From Limisphaerales bacterium (lineage in GTDB: Bacteria; Verrucomicrobiota; Verrucomicrobiia; Limisphaerales; AAA164-E04), in the NCBI GenBank assembly GCA_965204945.1, contig OZ242022.1:3629788-3693787 (forward strand): 64,000 nt of DNA, read 5' to 3'. Of this stretch, positions 50,172 through 60,324 are shown in pieces. A program made the translations under genes and the position numbers. The notes below the pieces were generated by a model. That model ran no database searches and was not told the origin of the DNA. It saw only the letters and a program-made list of their open reading frames with translations. Each line of letters opens with the position of its first letter. Position 1 is the first letter of the stretch.

Positions 50172-51653
50172 ATGATTGTGAGGTTTGTTGGGAAGGCGGG
50201 TTTGGGGAGGATGTGGTTGTCGGGGGTAGTGTCTGCGGTTTTGAGTTGCGCGGCGGTTGTTGCGGGAGGAACGGATGGCTCTGCCGTCGGCGATGATTCT
50301 CTTTCTTTGGCGGATCGTCTCAATGCGGTCTTTGTTCGTGCGGCGGAAGCTGTGTCGGCTTCGGTGGTGGTGATTGAGGTTGCCCATCGAAGGCCGAGCC
50401 GCTTGGCGACCGGGCAATCGCCTTCGGCGGATGAGTCGGCGCCGGGCGAGGATGTGTTTGACGCTGGGGGTTCGGGCGTTGTGATTTCGCGCGGCGGCTA
50501 TGTGTTGACCAACTTTCATGTGATTGAGGGCGCTTCTCGGTTGCGCGTTCGGCTGCGGGACGGGCAAAGTTTTTCCGCCTCGGTGCGGGGGCAAGACCCT
50601 CAGTCGGACATTGCTGTGATCCAGATAGAGGACGGCGAACGGCGGCGAGTGTTTCAACCGGCGGTCTTTGGGGATTCGGACAAGGTTCGAGTGGGCGAGT
50701 TTGCCATTGCCGTTGGGGCGCCGTTTGATCTGGATTACAGCGTCACTTTTGGTCACGTCAGCGCCAAGGGGCGTTCTGGCGGAGGGTTTGGTTCCGCGGA
50801 TGCGGATCAGGATTTTATTCAAACGGATGCCGATATCAATCCCGGCAACAGCGGGGGGCCGTTGGTGAACATTCGGGGCGAGGTCATCGGCGTTAATACC
50901 TTAGTTCGCGGGATGAACACGGGGATTGGATTTGCCATTCCGATCAACATGGCGCGGGAGATTGCCGGCCAGATTATGGAGCATGGCAAGTTCACACGGG
51001 CGCGATTGGGGATTGAGATTGAGACTTTGGCGGATGGCGACGACTTTAACCAGTTTCTGAAGGAAGTGGATCAAGGGGTTGTTGTTCGAGGAATGAACCC
51101 GAACGGCCCGGCGGCGGATTCGGATTTGCAACCGGCCGATGTAATTGTCGCCGTGCAAGGCGTGTCCGTGGCTACCGTTCAGGAGTTGAAGAATCAAGTG
51201 CGGTCAAAGCCGATTGGCGATCCTTTGAATCTGTCGGTGGTTCGAATGGGGCGCCGGCAGGAAACCCGTCGTCTTGAAATTGAAGTGATCCCGGAAGAAT
51301 GGTTGGCGGAGACTGTGGTTTCCGTTCCGTCGCGGAAACATCATCGGGAAAGTAAAGCGCCGACTTCGGGGTTGAGGTTGCGGGCAATTGACGATGATTG
51401 GGCCAAACTATACGGCTTGAAAACCAGAGAGGGGGTTGTCCTCACCGAGATTGAGCGCAATACTCCGGCCGGTCGTTCGACTCGGTTGCGTCCCGGCGTG
51501 GTTGTCACGGCGGTTAATTCGATTCCGGTTCGATCGCCTTGGGATGTTGCCGAGGCGTGGGAGAATGTGGACCTCCGAAAAGGCGTTGTGATTCACTTTG
51601 TGGACTCGAATGGCGCGCCAATGTTTGAATTTCTCAAGGATCGCGGCGATTAG
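50172..51653 (+). CDS. HtrA/DegP-like serine protease with two PDZ domains
   Basis: GSGVVI, LTNFHV, SDIAVI, IQTDADINPGNSGGPL. Confidence 0.95.
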   Translation: MIVRFVGKAGLGRMWLSGVVSAVLSCAAVVAGGTDGSAVGDDSLSLADRLNAVFVRAAEAVSASVVVIEVAHRRPSRLATGQSPSADESAPGEDVFDAGGSGVVISRGGYVLTNFHVIEGASRLRVRLRDGQSFSASVRGQDPQSDIAVIQIEDGERRRVFQPAVFGDSDKVRVGEFAIAVGAPFDLDYSVTFGHVSAKGRSGGGFGSADADQDFIQTDADINPGNSGGPLVNIRGEVIGVNTLVRGMNTGIGFAIPINMAREIAGQIMEHGKFTRARLGIEIETLADGDDFNQFLKEVDQGVVVRGMNPNGPAADSDLQPADVIVAVQGVSVATVQELKNQVRSKPIGDPLNLSVVRMGRRQETRRLEIEVIPEEWLAETVVSVPSRKHHRESKAPTSGLRLRAIDDDWAKLYGLKTREGVVLTEIERNTPAGRSTRLRPGVVVTAVNSIPVRSPWDVAEAWENVDLRKGVVIHFVDSNGAPMFEFLKDRGD

Positions 51654-51680
51654 CCTCCTTTGTCGCTTTCCAAGAGGCGG

Positions 51681-51718
51681 CGCCGGCTTCGATAAAAAGG
51701 AGCCGGCGTTTGTTTTTT
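51681..51718 (+). terminator. Intrinsic terminator after the HtrA gene
   Basis: CGCCGGCTTC/GGAGCCGGCG stem followed by TTTGTTTTTT. Confidence 0.8.
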
Positions 51719-51763
51719 AGAGCGGTGTCCAGTCAAGTGGAAAAGCGACGGGAACGAAAAACC

Positions 51764-52129
51764 TCACGATATCAGGCCGAGACTTTTCCGCCATTCCTCT
51801 TCTTTGAACCCCAGCAGTCCGATTGATTTTGAGAGGGCGAAGGGCCGTTTGATTAGATTGCCGTTGCTGGCGAGAAGTTGAATGGCCTGCGCGGTCGTCA
51901 TACCGGGCAACTGATCCTTGACGCCCTGCTCGCGGTAGTCTCTGCCGGAAGTGTTGAAGAGTTTGCGCAAGTTGCCTCCTTGGATCCTGAGCATTTGTTC
52001 GATTTCGGCCTTTGTCGGCGGCGTTTCTCGAATTGGGATTTTTGTGCAGGCGATTTTGTGCCGTTCCAGGAATTGGAGCGCTTTGCGGCAGGTGGAGCAT
52101 CGGTCGTATACGTACACTTTTAAGGTCAT
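51764..52129 (-). CDS. ArsC/Spx/MgsR family protein
   Basis: CSTCRKA, LFNTSG..YR, LIKRP. Confidence 0.9.
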   Translation of the reverse strand: MTLKVYVYDRCSTCRKALQFLERHKIACTKIPIRETPPTKAEIEQMLRIQGGNLRKLFNTSGRDYREQGVKDQLPGMTTAQAIQLLASNGNLIKRPFALSKSIGLLGFKEEEWRKSLGLIS

Positions 52130-53487
52130 GGGGTTTGCTTTGCTTTGAGAATGGCGCGGTGAATTCGCCGCAACACTCGTTCTTTGCCGAGAATGGAGAG
52201 GAGGTGGTAAAGGCTGGGGCCGGCGGTTTTGCCCGTGCAGGCTAGGCGGATCGGATGCACCAGCGCTCGAACCTTCACTTGCAGTTTTCCGGAAACTTCT
52301 TTGAAAGCGGTTTGAATGGCCTCTGGCTGGAACGACTCCAGCTCGTCAAGAACCGCTTGCAATTGCTGCATGCCCTTCAGATTGGATGGCGAGAAGTGTG
52401 TTTCCGCCTCTTTTGGATCGAAGGCAATGGAGTCGTCCGTTTCGAAGTAAAATCCGGCGTAGTTGGGGAGTTCGGAGAGCTCTCGGAGTTTGCCCTGAGT
52501 GGTGGCCAAGGCGTTGCGAATATACTCCGTTCCGAACCGGGACAACGAGAATCCTTTGGATTCGAGGCATGATTGGGCGAGCCGGGCGTAGCGGGAGGGT
52601 TCCATTTCCCTCAAATATTCGCTGTTTAGCCATTGGAGTTTCTCTCGGTCGAACTTTGCGTTGTGCCTCAAGATATGGCGAAGATCAAAGAGCCGGATGA
52701 CTTCTTCCATCGGGAGTTTTTCTTGGTCGTTCTTGGGAGACCAGCCGAGCAGGCAGAGATAGTTGGCCACCGCTTCCGGCGCATAGTGTTCTTTCATGTA
52801 GTGGTCAATGGAGGCGCCCGAATCGCGCTTGCTCATTTTCGTTCCGTCGGCGTTGAGAATGAGGGGAATGTGCGCGTATCGGGGCGGCGTTTTGCCGAGA
52901 GCGCGGATGATGGCCAGATGTTTCGAAGTGTTGATCAAATGGTCCTCGCCTCGGATCACGTGGGTGATGCCCATTTCTAGATCATCCACGGCGTTGACCA
53001 GATGAAAGACCGGCTGACTGTCGGCTCGGACGAGGACAAAATCCGGCTGTTGCGCCTCGCGATCCGTTAGTTTTCGGGTCACTTCGCCCACGATAAGATC
53101 GGGAATCACAATCGGACTTCGAGGCATTTTGAAGCGAATTACTCCGTCTTTTTCATAGACGCGGCCTTTTGCCTCCAAATCGTCGAGGTATCGCCGGTAG
53201 ACGGTGGATCGTTGCGATTGAAAGTACGGTTCCTTCTCTCCGAATGATTCCGAAGAAGGGCAGTTTGTTTGAGGGCCTTCGTCCCATTGAATTCCCAGCC
53301 AGCGCAGTCCGTCGAGGAGAACTTTCAAGGACGCTTGGGAGTTTCTCTCTTTGTCGGTGTCTTCGATGCGCAGGATAAATTGGCCGCCGGCGTGCCGGGC
53401 GTAAAGCCAGTTAAACAGAGCGGTTCTTGCGCCCCCGATATGAAGAGAGCCGGTGGGGCTGGGTGCAAATCGGGTTCGAACTTCCAT
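52126..53487 (-). CDS. gltX: Glutamate--tRNA ligase
   Basis: RFAPSPTG.LHIGG, LRIEDTD, HVIRGEDH, KMSKR. Confidence 0.96.
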   Translation of the reverse strand: MEVRTRFAPSPTGSLHIGGARTALFNWLYARHAGGQFILRIEDTDKERNSQASLKVLLDGLRWLGIQWDEGPQTNCPSSESFGEKEPYFQSQRSTVYRRYLDDLEAKGRVYEKDGVIRFKMPRSPIVIPDLIVGEVTRKLTDREAQQPDFVLVRADSQPVFHLVNAVDDLEMGITHVIRGEDHLINTSKHLAIIRALGKTPPRYAHIPLILNADGTKMSKRDSGASIDHYMKEHYAPEAVANYLCLLGWSPKNDQEKLPMEEVIRLFDLRHILRHNAKFDREKLQWLNSEYLREMEPSRYARLAQSCLESKGFSLSRFGTEYIRNALATTQGKLRELSELPNYAGFYFETDDSIAFDPKEAETHFSPSNLKGMQQLQAVLDELESFQPEAIQTAFKEVSGKLQVKVRALVHPIRLACTGKTAGPSLYHLLSILGKERVLRRIHRAILKAKQTP

Positions 53488-53760
53488 TTTAACGCGGCAG
53501 CGCGAGCGAAACGAAGACGACCGTCAACTCGCCGAATTCATCGACGACATCGACCAACTCCAAACCATAAAAATCATCGCCCAAAATGCTTATCCACCTT
53601 CTCATATTTGGAAACGAGATGCGGCGGCAGGTTGATTCCCGCCACCGCTCGACCAACCGCTTTGCCGACAACCGGGAGTTTCCCTTGCCTAAAATCTGTT
53701 GAGAACAAAAAAACGCCCTGCACACAGAACGTCTTTGCGGATTAGAAAATTGTGAGCGGA

Positions 53761-54141
53761 TTATTTCTTGGGAGGGAGAATGGTGTCCTTGCAAGACTTG
53801 GCAATGCGGAATTTGACCACTTTCTTTGCGGGAATCTTGATTTTCTCGCCAGTCATAGGATTGCGTCCGATTCGAGCTTTTCGATGAACGAGAACCAACT
53901 TCCCGACGCCGTGAATGGTAAAGGACGAATTCTTCTTGGTCTCTTTGCAGGCTAATTGAGCCAAAACGTTGATCGTTTCCGTAACTTGTTTCTTCTCATT
54001 GCCGGTTGCCTCGGCAATTTCAGAGACGACTTCCAACTTTGTGAGCGGTTTCAATTTTTTCGGCGCCTTCTTTGCCGCCTTCTTCGCCGCTTTCTTTGTT
54101 GGCTTCTTCGCCGCCTTTTTTGCTGTCTTCTTTGCTGCCAT
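53761..54141 (-). CDS. HU family DNA-binding protein with Lys/Ala-rich N-terminal tail
   Basis: MAAKKTAKKAAKKPTKKAAKKAAKKAPKK, then HU core (GVGKL...RKAR.GRNP.TGE.I.IPAK.VVKFR). Confidence 0.93.
   Translation of the reverse strand: MAAKKTAKKAAKKPTKKAAKKAAKKAPKKLKPLTKLEVVSEIAEATGNEKKQVTETINVLAQLACKETKKNSSFTIHGVGKLVLVHRKARIGRNPMTGEKIKIPAKKVVKFRIAKSCKDTILPPKK
54055..54138 (-). repeat. Seven 12-bp units encoding xxKK tetrapeptides
   Basis: Degenerate CTTCTT(C/T)GCCGC units on the + strand. Confidence 0.85.
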
Positions 54142-54383
54142 AATATTATTCGATTTCAGATTCTCTGAATTGGATTCTTTCCATCCATCCGTAAAAAAGA
54201 GAATTAAATCGTTTTTCCAATGGATAAGCAAGAAAAAAAGCAAAATTTTTGAAATATTTTTGAACGAGGTCTTTCTACCGAGAAAGTGCGGGCTTGACTG
54301 GAAAGTGGTTTTGCCCACCATCTTTGGCTGTCGCTTAGGCTTTTCCGGCCGAGAAGAAAGCCTCCGGCAGCGAAGCGGGAAGA

Positions 54384-55274
54384 ATGGAGATGGAAGAACG
54401 GAAGTGTTGCGTTGGCTTGGTGCAAAGTCGTTGCGGACCGGATGTCGCTCAAAATCAGGCCAAGACGTTGGCCGGCATTCGAGAAGCGGCCAAGCGGGGC
54501 GCAACCATCGTCTGCACTCAGGAGCTGTTCCAGTTCCCCTACTTCTGCCAGCGTGAAGAAACCGCGCATTTTCAACTGGCGGAGGCAATTCCCGGCCCCA
54601 CCACGGAACGGCTTCAAGCTGAGGCCAAATCGCTTGGCGTGGCCGTTATTGCCTCTCTTTTTGAACGGAGAGCGCCGGGATTATACCACAATACCGCGGT
54701 GTTTGTTGACGAAAACGGCCGGCTCGCGGGCAAGTATCGAAAGATGCACATCCCAGAGGATCCGGGTTTCCACGAAAAGTATTACTTTGCTCCGGGAGAT
54801 CTCGGCGTTCGCGTTTGGCAGACCCGATTTGCCGCCGTCGGCGTTCTTCTCTGCTGGGATCAATGGTATCCCGAAGCCGCCCGCTTGGCCGCTTTGCAAG
54901 GCGCCGAGATACTATTTTTCCCCACGGCAATCGGTTGGCTTCCGCAAGAAAAACCGTCGCAAGGAGCTCTTCAAGTAGATTCTTGGGAAACGATCCAACG
55001 AGCGCACGCCATTGCCAATGGCTGTTACGTCGCCGCAGTGAATCGCGTCGGCGTCGAAGACCCCCATTCGACCGGCGGGATTGAGTTTTGGGGAAGGAGC
55101 TTTGTCGCCGGAACCTCCGGCGAAATTCTCGCCCGCGCGTCCCAATCCCAAGAGCAGATATTGACCGTTGAGATCGACCTGAACCGAATTCAAGAAACGC
55201 GGACTGCTTGGCCGTTCCTGCGAGATCGACGCCCGGATGCCTACCAAGACATCTTGCAGCGATTTAAGGATTAA
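54384..55274 (+). CDS. Carbon-nitrogen hydrolase (N-carbamoylputrescine amidase-like)
   Basis: E-K-C triad (TQELF, YRKMHIP, LCWDQWYPE), FFPTAIGW. Confidence 0.92.
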   Translation: MEMEERKCCVGLVQSRCGPDVAQNQAKTLAGIREAAKRGATIVCTQELFQFPYFCQREETAHFQLAEAIPGPTTERLQAEAKSLGVAVIASLFERRAPGLYHNTAVFVDENGRLAGKYRKMHIPEDPGFHEKYYFAPGDLGVRVWQTRFAAVGVLLCWDQWYPEAARLAALQGAEILFFPTAIGWLPQEKPSQGALQVDSWETIQRAHAIANGCYVAAVNRVGVEDPHSTGGIEFWGRSFVAGTSGEILARASQSQEQILTVEIDLNRIQETRTAWPFLRDRRPDAYQDILQRFKD

Positions 55275-55361
55275 CCGCCGAAGGATTCCCTCCCGCAAGA
55301 TTGGATGGTCGGCGAGGATTTTTCACATTTCTCAAAAGGAAAAATTCGAATCAAAATGGAA

Positions 55362-56252
55362 ATGGGAAGGGAGATTGCAGTTGCCGGTGAGACGGATTCA
55401 AAGGGAAAATATCGCGGGCGAATCGCGCCAACCCCCTCCGGCTATCTCCATTTGGGACATGCCCGAACCTTTTGGCAAGCGCAGGCCAGAGCGACCGAAC
55501 GCAACGGACAACTCATCCTTCGCGTGGAAGATTTGGACGCCGCCCGCTCTCAACCTCGATTTTTGGAAGCAATGTTGGAAGACCTTCGCTGGTTTGGTCT
55601 CCGTTGGGATGAAGGCCCAGACATCGAAGGAAGAAGCGGACCTTACCAGCAAAGCGCCCGATTCCAGCGGTATCGCCACGCGTTGGAACGATTGATCGTT
55701 TTGGGGCGAGTCTATCGCTGTGATTGCTCGCGCAAAGACATCCAAACGGCCTCTTTGGCGCCGCATCTTGACGACGAAGGCCCCTTATATCCGGGAACTT
55801 GCCGCAAAAACACGGGCAAAGCGCCGGCGGAAAAACAAAGAAAACCCAACTGGCGATTCCGCGTTCCAGACAACCGGCAAATTGCCTTTGAGGACGGCAA
55901 CTTGGGAAACTTTTCCGCCGTTGCCGGCGTTCATTTCGGAGACTTCGTCGTGTGGCGGCAAGACAATACGCCCGCTTATCAACTGGCGGCGGTTGTGGAC
56001 GATCATGCGATGGGCATCACCGAAGTTGTCCGCGGCGAAGACCTCTTGCTCTCGACTTGCCGCCAACTGCTTCTTTACAAAGCGTTGAACTGGTCGGCGC
56101 CCGAATTTTTCCACTGCCCGCTGATGAAGGACGCCCGCGGAGAACGCTTGTCCAAGCGGAATCAGTCTCTGGCCTTGCGTTCTTTGCGCGAGCAAGGCCT
56201 TACGCCCGAGCAAGCGCGAGAGCGACACGGCATCCAGCCGATCCGCTTTTAG
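55362..56252 (+). CDS. gluQ: tRNA glutamyl-Q(34) synthetase
   Basis: RIAPTPSGYLHLGH, YRCDCSRK, YQLAAVVDD, VVRGEDL, RLSKR; no anticodon-binding domain. Start approximate. Confidence 0.92.
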   Translation: MGREIAVAGETDSKGKYRGRIAPTPSGYLHLGHARTFWQAQARATERNGQLILRVEDLDAARSQPRFLEAMLEDLRWFGLRWDEGPDIEGRSGPYQQSARFQRYRHALERLIVLGRVYRCDCSRKDIQTASLAPHLDDEGPLYPGTCRKNTGKAPAEKQRKPNWRFRVPDNRQIAFEDGNLGNFSAVAGVHFGDFVVWRQDNTPAYQLAAVVDDHAMGITEVVRGEDLLLSTCRQLLLYKALNWSAPEFFHCPLMKDARGERLSKRNQSLALRSLREQGLTPEQARERHGIQPIRF

Positions 56253-57238
56253 CCCGCGGCGATACCAAAACGAGAAATGTTGCCATCTCCGGTTCCAAAG
56301 CATTCTCTAAATTGGGCGAAAACCTGCTCGACCGGAAGACTTCGCAACCCCTTCTCGTGACGGACGATGACGAATCGATCGCTGCGCGGACGCCAAACCG
56401 TTTCTTTGCTTTCCCCCCACAAAACCAGCCCCGGCAACCCGACGGCCGCAGCCAGATGAGAAATGCCGGAATCGTGACCGATAAATCCGCCGCATTCCGC
56501 CAGCAGAGAAGCGAGTTGAGGCAGCGGCATGCAAAATTCCAAACGGGAGCGAGAAGCGTCCAGCGACGGTTGCAGTCTTTGGAATGTTTCCCGCTCGGCT
56601 TCCCCGCCGACCAGTAGCAAGTTCCAGTTTGTCTTTGCCTGAATTTGCGCAATCAGTTGCCGCCAATGTTCGACGGGCCAGTTCTTGGACAAACTGCCGC
56701 TGCCGGGATGAATCGCCAGCCAAGAACGGTTGCCATTAGCGCTTCGGCGAGGAATTCGAATTTGCGGCCTGCTATCGGCGGCAAAGACGGTCAATTGTTT
56801 TAGCGGCTCCAGCAAAATTTCGGCGGCGTGAACGTCTCCCCTTTCCTCCGGCTGATGCGGACCTTGAATGAAAGTCAAAGTCTTCGAGTCCGTCGCGCTT
56901 TCTAAATTTGCCCGAAAACAACGGCGGACGTTGTTTTGAAAAATCCCATCCGGATCGTAGAGATAGGAAAGAACGACGTCGAATCGACCAAAGTATTCCA
57001 TCCAATCCTCGTCCAACGTTCCTTGGACAGCGAAAAAACCCGCCAACGCGGGCGCTTCAATGGCTTTGGCATCATCCGCCAGTCCGGCAAAACGGGCTAA
57101 ATCGGCTATGTTGGGATAGCCGAGAATTTCCACTTTGGCTTGAGGAAAAGCCTCTCGAATCGCCCGAAGCGCCGGCAAAGTCAAAATAAAATCGCCAATC
57201 GCCCCGCCTCGTATCACCAGTATGCGGCCGGCGGACAT
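56249..57238 (-). CDS. Glycosyltransferase family 9 (heptosyltransferase-like)
   Basis: RGGAIGDFIL..P, IHPGSG...KNWP, FIGHDSGISHLAAA. Confidence 0.92.
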   Translation of the reverse strand: MSAGRILVIRGGAIGDFILTLPALRAIREAFPQAKVEILGYPNIADLARFAGLADDAKAIEAPALAGFFAVQGTLDEDWMEYFGRFDVVLSYLYDPDGIFQNNVRRCFRANLESATDSKTLTFIQGPHQPEERGDVHAAEILLEPLKQLTVFAADSRPQIRIPRRSANGNRSWLAIHPGSGSLSKNWPVEHWRQLIAQIQAKTNWNLLLVGGEAERETFQRLQPSLDASRSRLEFCMPLPQLASLLAECGGFIGHDSGISHLAAAVGLPGLVLWGESKETVWRPRSDRFVIVRHEKGLRSLPVEQVFAQFRECFGTGDGNISRFGIAAG

Positions 57239-57385
57239 TGCGTTTTGAAAAGAACTTTTTTCGCGCAGCTTCGCTCGCTCTCATCTTCGGCGTTTGTCAA
57301 TGGCAACGGCTGGAATTTTTCCCGTTGCCAAAAGCAATCTCTTTTAGGAAAAATCCTAAAGCGTCGCCGCGCTAACGGCCAAAAC

Positions 57386-58207
57386 TTACTTGGGCGCGCT
57401 ACTTCGCTCGGACATCCAAAGCACGTCTCGGTTGTTGGGCGTTCGCTGTTTATCCTCAATTCTCCCGCCGTAGTTAGGGGGCTTTATCGTTCTCGGATCC
57501 GTCCATTTTTTGATTTCAGAATGGCCGTCGGCGAAGGAGAAGCCGCAGGCGCCGTTGTGGTAACTGGCGGGAAAGTCAATGATTCTTGCTTGGGCCAAGT
57601 CCGCTTCACTACGCATTTCTACGGCGAAGGCGGCGTCGTTGATAGTGCCGGGATGCTCGTCCACCAAAACCCAAGTCATGGAAGGGCCGGGATCGGTCAA
57701 GTCGGTCTCTTTGGCGTAAACGCGGAATCTCGAGGACGGAAGCCAACCCCCAAAGTCAAAGCTTTGGCTCATGGAGTTGCTGCGGACGCGCGGCCAAGTT
57801 TTGCCGTCGGCTTTGACGGTTACCTTGTCCGCCGGACATTTCCAAACTTCCGCCGTTCGGCCGGTATACTCAAAAAGCGGGCTTTTCTCGACGTGCATTG
57901 TGACATCCCAGTTGTCTCGCCTGTTGGCGGCGTAAGTTAGAATGCCTTTTGTCCAGCTTGGCCGGCCGTCGCGGTCTCCCAGAGAGGAAACCAGCCAGCC
58001 TTCGTTGTCGTGGGCGTAGAACTTCCAAGCCAGCATCAAGGTGCGCAGATTGTTCATGCAAGAGATGCCGTGCGCCTTGGCTTTGGCCTTGCCGAGCGCG
58101 GGCAGAAGCATGCCGGCCAAAATGGCGATGATGGCAATCACCACCAGCAGTTCGATGAGAGTGAATCCGGTTGCCCGGTTAATATTTGAGGATGGGATTA
58201 TTTTCAT
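57386..58207 (-). CDS. Prepilin-type N-terminal cleavage/methylation protein with H-X9-DG C-terminus
   Basis: [25 protein letters not shown]; [14 protein letters not shown]. Confidence 0.93.
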   Translation of the reverse strand: MKIIPSSNINRATGFTLIELLVVIAIIAILAGMLLPALGKAKAKAHGISCMNNLRTLMLAWKFYAHDNEGWLVSSLGDRDGRPSWTKGILTYAANRRDNWDVTMHVEKSPLFEYTGRTAEVWKCPADKVTVKADGKTWPRVRSNSMSQSFDFGGWLPSSRFRVYAKETDLTDPGPSMTWVLVDEHPGTINDAAFAVEMRSEADLAQARIIDFPASYHNGACGFSFADGHSEIKKWTDPRTIKPPNYGGRIEDKQRTPNNRDVLWMSERSSAPK

Positions 58208-58276
58208 GATGTCAAGAATATTCTGATTTCAAGTGAATGAGGGCAATTGAAAGTTTTATTTTGGCGGCGAGTCAAG

Positions 58277-58831
58277 TTAAAAAACAAAGATGCCGAGGCT
58301 GATTAGCAGGATGGCAAAGGCGCTTCGCAGGCCGCAGACGAGCCGCAGGCGTGCGGGGTTGGCCGTTTTCCACAGGATGATGTCTCGAACGCGCCACGGC
58401 GAGATGGTGAACCAAACGCCGCCCAGAACCCAAAGGTATGCCCAAGTAATGATGATGAGTCGCCATTGGCTGTCGTGCCAGCGCGCGGTTTCGACCATAA
58501 GTTTGGCGAGCAGGAGCAGAAGAACGGCGTAGCCGCGCACGGCGAGGAAGTCTCTGAGGTAGATGCAGACGGCGATGCCCAGGCAGCTGAAGAAAAGGAA
58601 CATGAGGTTTTTGAAGCGGACGAAGTCGCTGACTTCTTTTTGCGTTTGGTTGACGACAGCGAGGAACCAAAGAGTGGCCAGCGCGACAAGGCAAAGGCCC
58701 CAAGCGGGGGAGCGGGGGAACTTTTGGAGACGGTTGCCAAAGTCGTTCGGCCGGATTAGGCCGTATATTTGAGGAAGGAGGTAGCCGAGTCCGAGGAGAA
58801 TGGAAAGGTTGGCGAGCGAGATTTGGGGCAT
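58277..58831 (-). CDS. Hypothetical polytopic membrane protein
   Basis: 184 aa, about 6 TM segments; starts 5 bp downstream of the miaB stop. Confidence 0.8.
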   Translation of the reverse strand: MPQISLANLSILLGLGYLLPQIYGLIRPNDFGNRLQKFPRSPAWGLCLVALATLWFLAVVNQTQKEVSDFVRFKNLMFLFFSCLGIAVCIYLRDFLAVRGYAVLLLLLAKLMVETARWHDSQWRLIIITWAYLWVLGGVWFTISPWRVRDIILWKTANPARLRLVCGLRSAFAILLISLGIFVF

Positions 58832-58836
58832 AAGTT

Positions 58837-60189
58837 TTAAGCAGGTTGGCCGGTTGCGGGGAGGCCGTAGAGAGTGAACGAGCCGGCGCGGTAAATGTTT
58901 AGGTGGAGGATTTTTCCGATATGGCGGTTTTCCCCTTCAAAGACGACGATTTTGTTGCAGGAGGTGCGGCCTTGAAGGCGGTTGGGATTGCGGCGGCTGG
59001 GGCCTTCGACGAGGATTGGCGCGGTTTTGCCGATGAATTTTTGGTATTTTGGGATGCCGATTTCGGAGATTTTCTCCAGCAATTGAGCGTGCCTGCGCTG
59101 ATTGATTTCTTGCGGAATTTGCTCTTCCATCTCGGCGGCCGGCGTGTCTTGGCGGGGCGAGTATTTGAAGACGAAGGCGTTGTCAAATTGAGCTTCTTCG
59201 GCTAAGGAAAGGGTTTCTTGAAAGTCGGATTCGGTTTCGCCGGGGAAGGCGACGATGATGTCGGTGGTGATGCCGATGTCGGGTTTGGCTTGGCGGAGTT
59301 TGCGGATGATTTCCAGAAAACGTTCTCTGGTGTAGCCTCGGCGCATGCGTTTGAGGACGCGGTCGCTGCCGCTTTGGAGGGGGACGTGGGCACTGGCGCA
59401 GAGTTTGGGAAGTGTGCGGTAGGCCTCGATCAAGTCGTTTCCGTAGCCTTTGGGATGCGGCGAGGTGAAGCGGATTCGCTGGATGCCGGGGATTTGGTGG
59501 ACGGCTTCGAGGAGTTGGACGAAGGCTGATTTTCCGTTTTTGGCGCCGATTTCCCGCTTGCCGTAGCTGGTGACGATTTGGCCGAGAAGCGTGACTTCTT
59601 TGACGTTGGCGGCGGCTAGTTCTTGGCATTCCTTGACGATGTCTTGGATGGAACGGCTTCGTTCGCGGCCGCGGGTGCGGGGGACGATGCAAAAAGCGCA
59701 GTGTTGGTTGCAACCTTGCATGATGCTGACATAAGCGGTTGGCGGGCGGTTTGTCGTTTGCCCGGCGGCGAGGTGTTCTCGGATGGTTGCCTCGCTTCCC
59801 GGTTCTTCTTCGGTGTCGCAAATTTTCCCGCGTTCTCCGGACAAGATTTGGTCGAGGTAGTCTCCGGCGCGATGGAATTTTTGAGTGCCGAGAACCAAGT
59901 CTACGTCCGGCAGTTTGTCCATCAGGCTTTGCCCTCGGTTTTGGGCCATGCAACCCATAAATCCGAGAATGGCGCCGCGGCGTCGGGTTTGGCCGGCAAG
60001 GTGCGCCATTTTTCCGAATGCTTTTTGTTCCGCTTGGTCGCGCACGCTACAGGTGTTGAGCAGGATTATGTCTGCCTGCTGTTCGGACTTTGCCAGAGCG
60101 TAGCCTCTGGCCGAGAGTTGGGCGGCGACGGCTTCTGAATCGCGCTCGTTCATTTGGCATCCGTAAGTTTTGATGAATACGCTTGGCAT
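58837..60189 (-). CDS. miaB: tRNA-i6A37 methylthiotransferase
   Basis: TYGCQMN, NTCSVR, GCNQHCAFC, RFTSPHP, QSGSD, YSPR..T.A, TRAM domain. Confidence 0.97.
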   Translation of the reverse strand: MPSVFIKTYGCQMNERDSEAVAAQLSARGYALAKSEQQADIILLNTCSVRDQAEQKAFGKMAHLAGQTRRRGAILGFMGCMAQNRGQSLMDKLPDVDLVLGTQKFHRAGDYLDQILSGERGKICDTEEEPGSEATIREHLAAGQTTNRPPTAYVSIMQGCNQHCAFCIVPRTRGRERSRSIQDIVKECQELAAANVKEVTLLGQIVTSYGKREIGAKNGKSAFVQLLEAVHQIPGIQRIRFTSPHPKGYGNDLIEAYRTLPKLCASAHVPLQSGSDRVLKRMRRGYTRERFLEIIRKLRQAKPDIGITTDIIVAFPGETESDFQETLSLAEEAQFDNAFVFKYSPRQDTPAAEMEEQIPQEINQRRHAQLLEKISEIGIPKYQKFIGKTAPILVEGPSRRNPNRLQGRTSCNKIVVFEGENRHIGKILHLNIYRAGSFTLYGLPATGQPA

Positions 60190-60324
60190 TTTTTAAGGCG
60201 CTTGAATTTACGGAAGGAAGGGCGCGTTTGCCAAGATGGAATCTTGCGGACAAGACGTCGACTGCGCGCGGGCGAGTTGTTTTTGCTTTGTTTTTTTCAT
60301 TTTCCTCAGCGCTTTGTCCGAGCC

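Noticed and set aside
48270-54588. Long N-terminal extensions in the ORF track for cysK (49721), HU (54588) and nnr (33756, outside this span)
   Set aside because: Extensions overlap neighbouring genes or promoters and are not homologous; canonical starts lie downstream. Unlike rpsI, a better start exists in each case.
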